Origin: Nostoc sp.
GTDB lineage: Bacteria; Cyanobacteriota; Cyanobacteriia; Cyanobacteriales; Nostocaceae
Direction: 5' to 3'
Length of the DNA: 32,000 nucleotides
NCBI RefSeq assembly: GCF_036917515.1
Contig: NZ_JBALDE010000015.1
Location: 12,584 to 44,583 of the forward strand
Below, in pieces: positions 1 to 9,134 of this stretch. The position numbers and the translations under genes are program-made. Every line of letters begins with the position of its first letter. The stretch's first letter is position 1. The notes beneath the pieces are model-generated. The model worked only from the letters and a program-made list of their open reading frames with translations, ran no database searches and was not told the DNA's origin.

Positions 1-3
1 CTC

Positions 4-669
4 ATGAGTTCCATCACTCAAACCCAACCTTTAGATGTACCCAGTGCGATCGCTAAACGTCGTGCCATCAAAACTTTTAAAACAGACCCCATCACCCCAG
101 AACTGCTCAAGCAACTGGTAGAGTTAACCGTGGCTGCACCCAGCAGCTATAATCTCCAGGACTGGCAAATTATTCTTGTGCAAGATGAAGCGCAAAAGAC
201 AGCACTCTCAGCAGCATCTTTTAATCAACAGCAAATTGTCCAAGCACCTGTAACCTTTGTCTTTGCCGCCGATCCTAACGCAGGCGAACAAAACTTGGCC
301 CCAATTCTAGAGCGGGGACTGGAAACTGGGGCATGGAATGAAGGCACAGTAAACTACTTTAAAACCGCCGTTCCACAATTTCAAGCAACGCTAGGCGACA
401 AGCGACGCGAATATGCGATCAAAGATGCGATCATTGCCGCTACCCATTTGGTGTTAGCGGCAGAAAGTCTGGGATTATCTACTTGTTTTATGAACGGTTG
501 GATTGAGGATCAGGTAAAACAAGTGATTGGTGCTGGGGAGAATTCAGATTTAGCGATCGCTGTTTTAGTTCCTGTTGGCTATGCAGCAGAATCACGCTTA
601 AATCCAGGTCGTTTGCCATTCTCCTCCAACGTCTCTGTAGACAGAATTGGTAATTTTTATGCAGGGTAG
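4..669 (+). CDS. nitroreductase family protein
   Basis: Full ORF starting at an ATG. The 221-aa product has nitroreductase-fold hallmarks (N-terminal RRAIKTF, APSSYNLQDWQ, C-terminal GY...R), recognised from memory. Confidence 0.85.
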   Translation: MSSITQTQPLDVPSAIAKRRAIKTFKTDPITPELLKQLVELTVAAPSSYNLQDWQIILVQDEAQKTALSAASFNQQQIVQAPVTFVFAADPNAGEQNLAPILERGLETGAWNEGTVNYFKTAVPQFQATLGDKRREYAIKDAIIAATHLVLAAESLGLSTCFMNGWIEDQVKQVIGAGENSDLAIAVLVPVGYAAESRLNPGRLPFSSNVSVDRIGNFYAG

Positions 670-688
670 CTTTCTCTAAATTGCGAAT

Positions 689-710
689 AGGGCATTGGGC
701 ATTGGGCATG
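689..710. repeat. heptamer tandem repeat (GGGCATT)x3, STRR-like
   Basis: Direct reading: tagggcattgggcattgggcatg. Confidence 0.8.
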
Positions 711-786
711 AGTCTTTGATACTAGTGAACAAGTCTTTGATACTCGCCGACGAGTCTTTGATACTCGTGAATGAGTCTTTGAACTC
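711..786. repeat. four copies of AGTCTTTGA(T/A)ACT spaced exactly 21 bp apart
   Basis: Copies start at 711, 732, 753 and 774, separated by variable 8-nt spacers. The array lies in the intergenic region upstream of the MFS gene. Confidence 0.85.
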
Positions 787-852
787 CACTCCCCTGCTCC
801 CCTGCTCCTCTGCCCCCTGCTCCCTGCTCCCTGCTCCCCCACTCCCCCCTCC
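787..852. repeat. C-rich short tandem repeats (CCCTGCT/CTGCTCC-type), STRR-like
   Basis: Reading cactcccctgctcccctgctcctctgccccctgctccctgctccctgctccccc. The complementary G-rich version occurs at 6350-6385. Confidence 0.75.
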
Positions 853-857
853 AAACC

Positions 858-2147
858 ATGTCCTTACCCTCCTTCCTAGCGCGTCGTTCGTTCCACTATG
901 GCTGGATCGTCGCGGGTTTAACATTCCTAGCCTTGCTGGTGGCAGCCGGAATCCGCTCTGCTCCTGGAGTTTTTATAGTGCCTCTGGAACACGAGTTTGG
1001 CTGGAGTAGAGCAACTATATCTTTGGCAATCTCGATTAACTTAGTACTCTACGGGTTGATTGGGCCTTTTGCCGCCACAGTAATGGAGCGGTTTGGCATT
1101 CGCTGGATGATGGTGTTCTCACTTGCTGTCATTGCGCTTGGTGTCGGTTTAACCACTTTCATGTCAGCTTCCTGGCAGCTAGTTTTGTTGTGGGGTGTAG
1201 TTGTCGGTTCTGGTAGCGGAGTTATTGCCCTAGTTTTGGGTGCTATTGTCGTCAATCGCTGGTTTTTTGAGAAGCGGGGTTTAGTTTTGGGCATCTTAAC
1301 TGCCAGTACAGCCACGGGGCAACTGGTATTTCTGCCGATGCTGGCCTCAATAGCCGATCGCTTTGGATGGCGAGCTGCGGCTCTGGCTCTGACTGGTGCA
1401 GCACTTCTAGTTATTCCTGCGATCGCAGCCTTTATGCGCGATCGTCCGGTAGATGTCGGTTTGCGAGCCTTTGGCGACAACAGCGAAACTGTAGAAGTGT
1501 TACAGCCGAAAGTCAATTCCATTACCTCCACTCTTAACGCTCTCTGGCTAGGAATGCGTAATCGAGACTTCTGGCTGTTATTTGGTAGCTTTTTTATCTG
1601 TGGCGCAAGCACAAATGGGTTAATTGGAACTCATCTAATTCCTGCTTGTATTGACCACAATATACCTGAAGTCAAAGCTGCTGGGCTTTTAGCAATTATG
1701 GGACTATTCGATTTTTTTGGAACTACTATGTCCGGCTGGCTATCTGACCGTTGGAACAATCGCTACTTATTGTTTTGGTACTACGGGTTGCGGGGTCTAT
1801 CTTTGATTTTCTTGCCCTTCAGTTTTAACTTTTCCTTCTATGGACTTTCCATTTTCGCCGTCTTCTATGGACTTGATTGGATTGCTACCGTACCACCGAC
1901 AGTACGTCTTGTTGCCAATGTCTTTGGTAAAGAAAATGTCGGCGTGATGTTCGGTTGGATTGTCGCAGGACACCAGCTTGGTGCAGCGACAGCAGCATTC
2001 GGAGCCGGAGTGTTGAGAACTTGGACAGGTAGTTATTTACAAGCGTTTATTTTATCAGGCGTTCTCTGTCTGATTGCCGCAGTTTGTGTACTACAAATTG
2101 GTCAAACTCCCACTAAGAGTAATTATTTTGTAGAGAAGAATTCGTAA
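858..2147 (+). CDS. MFS transporter
   Basis: The 429-aa ORF is hydrophobic throughout, with about 12 predicted TM segments in a 6+6 layout around a central loop (RDRPVDVGLRAFGD). Confidence 0.9.
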   Translation: MSLPSFLARRSFHYGWIVAGLTFLALLVAAGIRSAPGVFIVPLEHEFGWSRATISLAISINLVLYGLIGPFAATVMERFGIRWMMVFSLAVIALGVGLTTFMSASWQLVLLWGVVVGSGSGVIALVLGAIVVNRWFFEKRGLVLGILTASTATGQLVFLPMLASIADRFGWRAAALALTGAALLVIPAIAAFMRDRPVDVGLRAFGDNSETVEVLQPKVNSITSTLNALWLGMRNRDFWLLFGSFFICGASTNGLIGTHLIPACIDHNIPEVKAAGLLAIMGLFDFFGTTMSGWLSDRWNNRYLLFWYYGLRGLSLIFLPFSFNFSFYGLSIFAVFYGLDWIATVPPTVRLVANVFGKENVGVMFGWIVAGHQLGAATAAFGAGVLRTWTGSYLQAFILSGVLCLIAAVCVLQIGQTPTKSNYFVEKNS

Positions 2148-2364
2148 TTGTGCTCTCACCAAAAGCTTTGTCAGAGGGATAATAACCATTAATTGTATCA
2201 AAAGTAACCCTATATAGTAAGCGAATTAAAGGTTAGGACATAATGACAAGCGTGGATGTTAGGAATAGTAATGTTTTACCTCCTGCCTCCAGCAAAGCTG
2301 CCTTCTGCCTCCTGCTATAAATCAATTTTTGGTAATGGATGAAGCGATAAAAACCAAAAGTTAA

Positions 2365-2412
2365 ACAACGCTTTATAGGCACAGAAGTTTGTCTAAGCCA
2401 ATAAAGCGTTGT
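2365..2412 (-). terminator. hairpin (12-bp perfect stem, 24-nt loop) followed on the minus strand by a T-rich tract
   Basis: acaacgctttat (2365-2376) pairs with ataaagcgttgt (2401-2412). The minus-strand downstream sequence is ttaacttttggttttta. The large loop makes it atypical for an intrinsic terminator. Confidence 0.35.
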
Positions 2413-2546
2413 AAATTTAATAAGTTTATACTACGAGCATCTACACAAACAATGTACAAAAATTACCCATAAAAAGCAATGTAAAGCACACTCTAGTTAC
2501 GAGATTGTGTATGCTTCGCTTATTCCTTTTTCTGACATCTCAATTC

Positions 2547-2765
2547 TTAAAACTGAACGACCGATATCTCTCCATGCAAATCCAATTTACCATCCACAGG
2601 CAAAGGTACTGGTGACTTGGTCGTATCTACCGAAACTCCACCAACAATTGCCATTGAACCCGCATCGTCCAGTTCCTCAAATAATTCCAAATCTCCAAAA
2701 AGCTCTTGTCCCTTGTTGCTTGCAGTTGTATTGGATACAGCCTTTTGTTAGTTATTAAACAACAT
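2547..2765 (-). CDS. candidate RiPP-type precursor mini-ORF, interrupted by an in-frame TAA at codon 6 (possibly a pseudogene; internal ATG at 2654 would give 35 aa)
   Basis: SD AGGAGA, a 6-nt spacer and ATG at 2765. Translation: MLFNN*QKAVSNTTASNKGQELFGDLELFEELDDAGSMAIVGGVSVDTTKSPVPLPVDGKLDLHGEISVVQF*. It has an acidic helical leader and a GG site, and lies on the same strand 150 nt downstream of the kinase/HopA1 pair. Confidence 0.3.
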
Positions 2766-2918
2766 GTGAGTTCTCCTGTGTTTCTTTGGTTAAATTTTGT
2801 ATCTTTTTTATTCCTAATTAAAGTCTAGTGGGTAGACACTGCATTTCTATCTATCTTCGTTGGTAATTAATTACATAGTTTTTTCCACCCAAAGACAGTG
2901 AAAAACTTTCAACTACGA

Positions 2919-4055
2919 TTAGAACAAGCTTGTATAGATATCAGTTGAGTTGGCATTCAAATGCACATGCGATAAGTCGATATTCAAACGAGAAAACTGC
3001 TCTAAGACAGCTTTTATACGCCCACTTGCTGTATCAATCCTTTGCTCAGTAGCTTCTAGCAACCCATTGGCGACAATTTGACAGCGATTCATTCCAAAGC
3101 TTTCTTTGACAGCAAATTTTTGATCTGGTTCTTCAGCCAATCCCAACCCTGGTGCTAGCTGCAAGGTGAATAGCGGCACTTCTGACTTAAAATGCGATTC
3201 GTTCTGTTTGTAAACAGTTGTGATTACTTGCCTAATTCGGTCATAATAATTTTTCTCAAAATACAAAACTCCGGAATCATAGCGATGGTAGTCTTTTGGA
3301 TTGTATAAAACCTTAAAACTAAAAGGAATCGCCATCTGATTTAGCTGCTGCGTGAGACTTTCCATCACCGCAACAGCACCAGTTAAAGTCAAATTGAAAT
3401 AAATTCGCACTAATGAGAGTTTACCTTGATCTGACCGACTTTTTAACCCCTGATTGCCAACCGCCATGTAAAAGCCATTTTGCACTCGATTCTTAGGTAA
3501 AAGGACAGCAACTGCATCACCCACACTCGCCGCGTGTTCATTCGGTTGAAGATGGCGCGATTTCTCGATATGCAGCCTCAAATTATTCTTAGTGACTGCT
3601 AATGTACCATCAGTTTCTTCTCTAACAACAGACCAACCATAGTCAAAGTAGCCTTCTCCAAAATTACTTTGATGCAATTGCTCATAAAAGTCCATATCTA
3701 CCCCCAAATAAGTATTATTCTCCAAATCTAGGGGTAAATTATTTTTCTCTGCATCTAGTGCCAAAAATCGTCGCAGAGAACCGTTGTAATATATGCCGTA
3801 GAGAAAACCCCGCAATTGCAAACTCAGATATTTTTGCTGCATTTGCGGATTGAGTTTCTGAAAACGGGCAACTGCATCAACTGGCAATTCCAATGGTTTG
3901 TAATCGGGATGGCGAATCGAAAAATCCGCGCTCACTTCCACTTTATGAACAATATCTTCTAGAACAGACAGTAATTGCCCACTGACGCCAGCCTGAATTA
4001 AAGTTTGAGTAGAATCAGGATGCATAATTATTGGCAGAATTTTCTCAAAAAGCAC
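2919..4055 (-). CDS. HopA1-family (T3SS effector HopA1-like) protein, putative phospho-Ser/Thr lyase-like
   Basis: The 378-aa ORF has a GTG start at 4055, 6 nt after the upstream stop; an alternative ATG lies at 4025. The sequence (YKPLELP...LQLRGFLYGIYYNG) matches my memory of cyanobacterial proteins annotated as HopA1 family. Confidence 0.7.
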   Translation of the reverse strand: MLFEKILPIIMHPDSTQTLIQAGVSGQLLSVLEDIVHKVEVSADFSIRHPDYKPLELPVDAVARFQKLNPQMQQKYLSLQLRGFLYGIYYNGSLRRFLALDAEKNNLPLDLENNTYLGVDMDFYEQLHQSNFGEGYFDYGWSVVREETDGTLAVTKNNLRLHIEKSRHLQPNEHAASVGDAVAVLLPKNRVQNGFYMAVGNQGLKSRSDQGKLSLVRIYFNLTLTGAVAVMESLTQQLNQMAIPFSFKVLYNPKDYHRYDSGVLYFEKNYYDRIRQVITTVYKQNESHFKSEVPLFTLQLAPGLGLAEEPDQKFAVKESFGMNRCQIVANGLLEATEQRIDTASGRIKAVLEQFSRLNIDLSHVHLNANSTDIYTSLF

Positions 4056-4061
4056 GCAAGT

Positions 4062-5195
4062 TCAAGTTAATTCAACAGCAGTACCAAAAATCGTTGACAT
4101 TGACTGTTGTGGATTGCATAATAACGTCTTTGCAACCTGCATCATAGCAATACCCGTATTGTTAAAAGATTTTTGATGCTGAATTCTGGCCTGAATCTGT
4201 TGAATCAAAGCAAAACCCACAAATTGCACAACTCGCTGCCAGAAATCGGGGCGATGTTCAAAAATTTCGGGAAACGTCTTCTCATAAGCACTAGCTAATG
4301 CAACAATTGAAGGCTGAAGCTGTTCCAAAGGCGTTATCGCCAAGCCTAAAGATTCCTCAAGACTCAAAGACTTACTGATAACTAAGCTACCCAGCCAGAT
4401 AATTACATAGCTACAAATGAGAGTTCCTAAATCCATTGCTGGATCTCCCCAAGCACAACGTTCCCAATCAATCAACTGTATAATATTTGTACCGTGTTGC
4501 TGCCACTTGCTGTGCAAAAGGATATTATTCAGCTTCAGGTCATTGTGGGTAAGACAAGAGGAAGTAAAAGTGCTACCTAATTGGGCGATCGCTTGTCCCA
4601 AATCATCATACCGCTGATAGAGGGCAAAAAACCTCAACCCGTCATCTGGCACTGAACCAAAAATTTCCGGCGAAATCCTTTCCAACCTCTCGATAAAACT
4701 TTTTACAAAGTCAAAAGCAGATTTTTGAGAATTTTGCTCGAAAAAATCTTCATATTCTGAGCGGTTGAAAGTATCACGATGAATAGTTGCAAGAATTGTA
4801 CCAATTGCCGTACCGATTTCACTGTTGAAGCTATTTTCCTTTTGGTAAAAATCAATTAAATCGCGATAGTCATCTCTGTAGGTTTGGACAATAATGGAAT
4901 TCTCTCTGTCAAAATGCAGTACCTCTGGCAAAAATAAGCGTAGGTGATTCAGTTTTGAAAATTGCTGTAAAAATTCTTTCAGCAGCCACTCACCCAAAAA
5001 CTCACCTGCTGCTTTCCCCTGTTTATGTCGCTCTTGCTTAACCAGAAGTTTACTACTGTTATGAAAACTTACTAATAAGTTAAAGTTCTTAGCGAAAACT
5101 GGCTCTATCTTACTGGTTGCTCGTTCGGAATTATTGCATAAGTTATGCTCAACTAAATACTCGAAAACATTATGAGATTTTAACAGGAATGGCAT
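4062..5195 (-). CDS. aminoglycoside-phosphotransferase (APH)/protein-kinase-like phosphotransferase
   Basis: Catalytic loop LTHNDLKLNNILL (HxDxxxxN) and IDWERCAWGDPAMDL. The ORF extends to a TTG at 5222; the first ATG is at 5195. Confidence 0.8.
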   Translation of the reverse strand: MPFLLKSHNVFEYLVEHNLCNNSERATSKIEPVFAKNFNLLVSFHNSSKLLVKQERHKQGKAAGEFLGEWLLKEFLQQFSKLNHLRLFLPEVLHFDRENSIIVQTYRDDYRDLIDFYQKENSFNSEIGTAIGTILATIHRDTFNRSEYEDFFEQNSQKSAFDFVKSFIERLERISPEIFGSVPDDGLRFFALYQRYDDLGQAIAQLGSTFTSSCLTHNDLKLNNILLHSKWQQHGTNIIQLIDWERCAWGDPAMDLGTLICSYVIIWLGSLVISKSLSLEESLGLAITPLEQLQPSIVALASAYEKTFPEIFEHRPDFWQRVVQFVGFALIQQIQARIQHQKSFNNTGIAMMQVAKTLLCNPQQSMSTIFGTAVELT

Positions 5196-5427
5196 ACGTT
5201 TTTCTAACAAGTGCTTTGGCAAAAACTAAAATATTTTCTTATTCGTAATAATAATACCGAGAGAGCATCCCAATGCATATAAAATAGACGGATATGCTGT
5301 ACAGTAAGTATTGCTTAGTAAGCTTTCTGTCGGTGACTTTATCCTCGAACATCTAAAATAGAAGATGGATTTGAATACACATAGTCAGTTTCCTGTCAAT
5401 GCATAAGTCTTAAATATAAAACTTTCC

Positions 5428-6315
5428 ATGCCTATCCAAACTATTGGTATTTTAAGTCCGGGTGATATGGGACAAGCGATCGCAGCTGTTCTCAATCAAC
5501 ATGGATTAAAAACTATTGCCACCCTAAATGATCGCAGCGAACGAACTCGACAATTAGCAGCCGCAGCCAACATCCAAGATGTGGGTTCCCTCACACAATT
5601 GGTAATTGAATCTGATGTGGTGCTGTCAGTTCTAGTCCCCGCAGCGGCTACTCAAGCGGCGAAGCAAGTAGCTGAGGCGATCGGCAATGTGGGTAAATCT
5701 ATTCTCTACGTTGACTGTAATGCGATCGCACCCCAAAAAGTGATAAATATCGGTCAACTCATTGAATCAGTTGGGGGAACATTCGTAGATGCATCAATTA
5801 TTGGCCCACCACCACGAGTTCCCAATCGCACCCGCATTTACACTTCCGGAAAACAAGCAAGTCAACTCCTACAACTGCGAGATCATGGCTTAGATGTGCT
5901 GGTAATTAGTGATGAAATTGGTCAGGCTTCCGGGTTGAAAATGTCCTACGCCGCTTTGACAAAAGGACTTACAGCAATCGGCACAGAATTACTAATTGCA
6001 GCCCATCGTCTAGGTTTGGATAAGGAACTATGGGATGAAGTATCTAGTAGTCAAAAAGAACTTGCTAGCATCTTAACCCGTTCCATTCCATCGATGACAC
6101 CGAAAGCGCATCGGTGGATAGGAGAAATGGAAGAAATTGCCGAAACCTTTAAAGAGTTGGGTCTAACTGAGCGCATTTTTGACGGAGTAGCTGACGTTTA
6201 CCGTTTGGTAAAAGACACCTCCTTGGGTAAGGAAACACCAGAAGAGTCTAATCGCGATCGCCCCTTGGATGAAATCATTACAATCCTCTCCAACGAAGCA
6301 AGCTCGGACACTTAA
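5428..6315 (+). CDS. NAD(P)-dependent oxidoreductase (6-phosphogluconate/3-hydroxyisobutyrate dehydrogenase-like NAD-binding domain)
   Basis: N-terminal Rossmann motif IGILSPGDMGQAIA in a 295-aa full ORF. Confidence 0.7.
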   Translation: MPIQTIGILSPGDMGQAIAAVLNQHGLKTIATLNDRSERTRQLAAAANIQDVGSLTQLVIESDVVLSVLVPAAATQAAKQVAEAIGNVGKSILYVDCNAIAPQKVINIGQLIESVGGTFVDASIIGPPPRVPNRTRIYTSGKQASQLLQLRDHGLDVLVISDEIGQASGLKMSYAALTKGLTAIGTELLIAAHRLGLDKELWDEVSSSQKELASILTRSIPSMTPKAHRWIGEMEEIAETFKELGLTERIFDGVADVYRLVKDTSLGKETPEESNRDRPLDEIITILSNEASSDT

Positions 6316-6339
6316 TCTTGAGTATTTTATCGATGGGGA

Positions 6340-6445
6340 TTGGGGGAGATGAGAGAGCAAGGGAGCAGGGGAGCAGGGGAGAAGTTGCAGTAAGTTTTTC
6401 CCCTCCGCCCCTTTCCTCCTCTGCCCCTCTGCCTCCTGCCTCCAT
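6340..6445. repeat. G-rich STRR-like repeats followed by their C-rich complement (imperfect inverted repeat) between convergent genes
   Basis: gggagcaggggagcaggggagaag ... ccctccgcccctttcctcctctgcccctctgcctcctgcctcc. It could fold as a bidirectional terminator. Confidence 0.5.
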
Positions 6446-6446
6446 C

Positions 6447-9134
6447 CTAAATAGCTTTCATTGGCAGACTAACAACAAATGTCGCCCCCTTTCCAATTCC
6501 TGGACTTTCGACCGAGACTGTGCCACCGTGTAATTCTACCAAGTGACGGACGATCGCTAACCCTAATCCTAGTCCGCCATGCGATCGCGTGCTGGAACTG
6601 TCAGCTTGACGAAAGCGTTCAAATACATGGGGTAGGAATTCGGCAGCAATTCCCGCTCCCGTATCACTCACCCGAATTTGCACGTAAGATTCAATGCATT
6701 CTAATTGCACATCAACTCTGCCGCCCTTGGGTGTAAACCTGACAGCGTTGGAGAGCAAATTCCACACAACCTGTTGCAAGCGGTTGGCATCACCCACAAC
6801 TACCTCTACTTTCAGGTCGAATTTACATTTGATGCTAATCTCTTTAGCCTGGGCTGCTAGGTACATAGTATCGATTGCCGCCTCGACAACTGATACAAGT
6901 TCTATCTGCTCCATACTTAAATGAAGTGTGCCTCTAATAATCCGCGAGACATCGAGGACATCTTCAATCAGTTGCGCCAGGGATCTAGTATTACGCTCAA
7001 TTATCTCTAGTGCCTGGCCAGTAGTAGCCTGATCAAACTTGCGAGTTCTAAGTAACTGCGTCCAGCCCAGTATAGCGTTGAGGGGTGTACGGAGTTCGTG
7101 GGAAAGTGTGGCGAGAAACTCATCCTTCATGCGGTTTGCAGTTTCGGCATCAGCGCGTGCTGCTTGTTCGCGTTTAAGCAGTTCTTCGCGTTCTTGCTCT
7201 GCTTGCTTGCGATCGGTAATGTCAATCATGAATCCGTGTAGTAGCTGCGGTCCATGTTCATCCCGCACCACATTCACAATGTCATACAGCCAGACAACTC
7301 TGCCATCAGCAGCCAACATTCTGTATTCAAATTCGTAATTATTCAGTGATAGAGAAGATTCTTGGCAATACTCGATAGCCCACAGCTGATCTTCTGGATG
7401 CATGTATTTTGCCCAGAAATTATCGGTGTACCAGTCTGACAATGGATAGCCGAGAATCTCAACAGTTTGTGGCCCTACGTAGGTAAAATTCCCAGTAGTG
7501 GCATTTACTTCCCAAGGAATGACGCGGACTTTTTCAGTGAGTGTCTTTAAGCGTTTCTCGCTTTGTCTGAGCGCTACTTCTGCTAACTTGTGAAGTGTAA
7601 TATCTGTGATTAAAGCAACAAATCCTTCAACTTTCCCCTCCTGACTGAACTGGGGAATGTAAGTGACATTCACGTAATGATTTGTACCATCTTTATGGGG
7701 TAACTGAGTTTCGTAAGTTACTTGCTCTCCTGAAAGTACCGCTTCTACATGAGGAAGAATCGACTGATAAACCGACTCTCCCAAAATTTCTCTAATGTGT
7801 TTACCAGAAATTTCGCAAGCAGGAAGCCCAAACCAGTCTTCATATTCTTTGTTATTAAAACGATAACGCTGCTTCCCATCAACATAGCAAATCCGTACGG
7901 GCACAGCATTTGTAATTAAGCGCAGTTCATCTTCTTGTTGGCGCAGTGCTGTTTCTGCTCGTTTGTCTTCTGTGATGTCGCGTTGAGTTCCCCACGCTCT
8001 CACTAAAAGCCCATTTTCAACAATTCCCACCAGATTATTCAAAAAATATTTGGAATTACCTTGCTTATCTATTTCATGAGACTCGGCATCAATTAGTCGG
8101 TAGTTAGAACGGATAAAGTTACGCAGGTATGCAATATTATGTGGATCGGAGGCAACAAGAAAGTCTCCTAGTCTGACACCGATAATATCTTCGGCACGAG
8201 AACAGCCATACATCTGCGCCATAACATTGTTGCATTCTGCCAGGTAAACATATTGGTAAAAATGTTGAATTTGTTCATCTTCTGGACAATCTGCTGAAAT
8301 TGGTACTTCCAGTTCGATGCACCAAATACCTTCTGAACTCTGCTCTAAAAAAGTGCGGTAGCGTTCTTCGCTTTTGGAAAGGGCAAGCTCTGCTTGTTTG
8401 CGTTTGCTTAAATCAATTACAAAAGAGATAATATCACCTTGGTTATTTTCTAACAAAGCAGAACTTAACAGGATAGGAACGCGGCTGTGATCTTTGCGGA
8501 TGTATTCGTTCTCAAAGGGTTGACACACACCTTTAGCTGTGAGTTCTGCGTAGGCGTAGCCCGCCGTAGGCATCGCACTGTTGTTAGTTTCAATATATTC
8601 TGGTGGAATCATGTCGCGCCATCTGACTCGCCCTGCTAGCAAATCCTCCTGTGAATAACCTACCATTTCTAAAAAAGCATCATTAGCTTCTGCGATCGCC
8701 CCGTCCATATTGGCTACAATTACCCCAATAATGTTGGACTCTACCAACCTTTTAAACCTGCCTTCGCTCACCTGTAGTTTCTGCAAACTCGTTTGAAGAT
8801 GTTGTTTGGCAGTGCGTAATTCTAAGTTCAGCAAGTTAATAATTGTTGTCACCAGCACAAACAAGCCTAAGCGCACTATATTGTCTAGACTCGCAACCAA
8901 GAGCGAAAACACTGGTTCTAAGAAAAAGTAGCTGACGGCAAAAGTAGACAAAGCAGTAGCCAGTAACCCTGCTTCCATGCCGCCATACCAGGCACTAACC
9001 GCCACAGCAGCGAAAAACAGCAGGAAAATAGTTTGGTTCAGTAGTGGCTGTAGCAATAGTGTTAGTAGCAATACGCTACCAACAGTCAATAGTGCCACAG
9101 CATAGGGCGCTAGAAGGGAACGTATTCCTTTCAA
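6447..9134 (-). CDS. multi-PAS sensor histidine kinase with N-terminal membrane domain
   Basis: H-box SHELRTPLN and HATPase motifs (NLLSNAVRFT, DTGAGI, GGLGLGLAIV). There are several PAS-like segments and an N-terminal hydrophobic region. The TTG start is preceded by AAGGAGA. Confidence 0.9.
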   Translation of the reverse strand: MKGIRSLLAPYAVALLTVGSVLLLTLLLQPLLNQTIFLLFFAAVAVSAWYGGMEAGLLATALSTFAVSYFFLEPVFSLLVASLDNIVRLGLFVLVTTIINLLNLELRTAKQHLQTSLQKLQVSEGRFKRLVESNIIGVIVANMDGAIAEANDAFLEMVGYSQEDLLAGRVRWRDMIPPEYIETNNSAMPTAGYAYAELTAKGVCQPFENEYIRKDHSRVPILLSSALLENNQGDIISFVIDLSKRKQAELALSKSEERYRTFLEQSSEGIWCIELEVPISADCPEDEQIQHFYQYVYLAECNNVMAQMYGCSRAEDIIGVRLGDFLVASDPHNIAYLRNFIRSNYRLIDAESHEIDKQGNSKYFLNNLVGIVENGLLVRAWGTQRDITEDKRAETALRQQEDELRLITNAVPVRICYVDGKQRYRFNNKEYEDWFGLPACEISGKHIREILGESVYQSILPHVEAVLSGEQVTYETQLPHKDGTNHYVNVTYIPQFSQEGKVEGFVALITDITLHKLAEVALRQSEKRLKTLTEKVRVIPWEVNATTGNFTYVGPQTVEILGYPLSDWYTDNFWAKYMHPEDQLWAIEYCQESSLSLNNYEFEYRMLAADGRVVWLYDIVNVVRDEHGPQLLHGFMIDITDRKQAEQEREELLKREQAARADAETANRMKDEFLATLSHELRTPLNAILGWTQLLRTRKFDQATTGQALEIIERNTRSLAQLIEDVLDVSRIIRGTLHLSMEQIELVSVVEAAIDTMYLAAQAKEISIKCKFDLKVEVVVGDANRLQQVVWNLLSNAVRFTPKGGRVDVQLECIESYVQIRVSDTGAGIAAEFLPHVFERFRQADSSSTRSHGGLGLGLAIVRHLVELHGGTVSVESPGIGKGATFVVSLPMKAI

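Noticed and set aside
488-1009. Four overlapping track ORFs (488..709-, 657..854-, 676..924-, 695..1009+)
   Set aside because: They are translations of heptamer, 21-bp and C-rich tandem repeats (low-complexity G/S/R or P/L strings), or lie antisense to the nitroreductase and MFS gene ends.
1049-1612. 187-aa minus-strand ORF inside the MFS gene
   Set aside because: It is an antisense shadow ORF of a clearly coding transporter gene, with R/K/P/A-rich composition typical of antisense translation.
2413-2546. A second tiny ORF (MSEKGISEAYTIS, 13 aa) downstream of the leader-like ORF
   Set aside because: It has no SD, is very short, and does not resemble the first peptide. It cannot be supported from sequence alone.
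2507-2758. 83-aa plus-strand ORF
   Set aside because: It lies antisense to the leader-like minus-strand frame, has no ATG or SD (GTG start) and its composition is not protein-like (P/L/I-rich with no recognisable motif).
6318-7338. Plus-strand ORFs 6318..6533, 6479..6736, 6694..6924, 7039..7338
   Set aside because: They lie within repeats or antisense to the histidine kinase gene, with no motifs.
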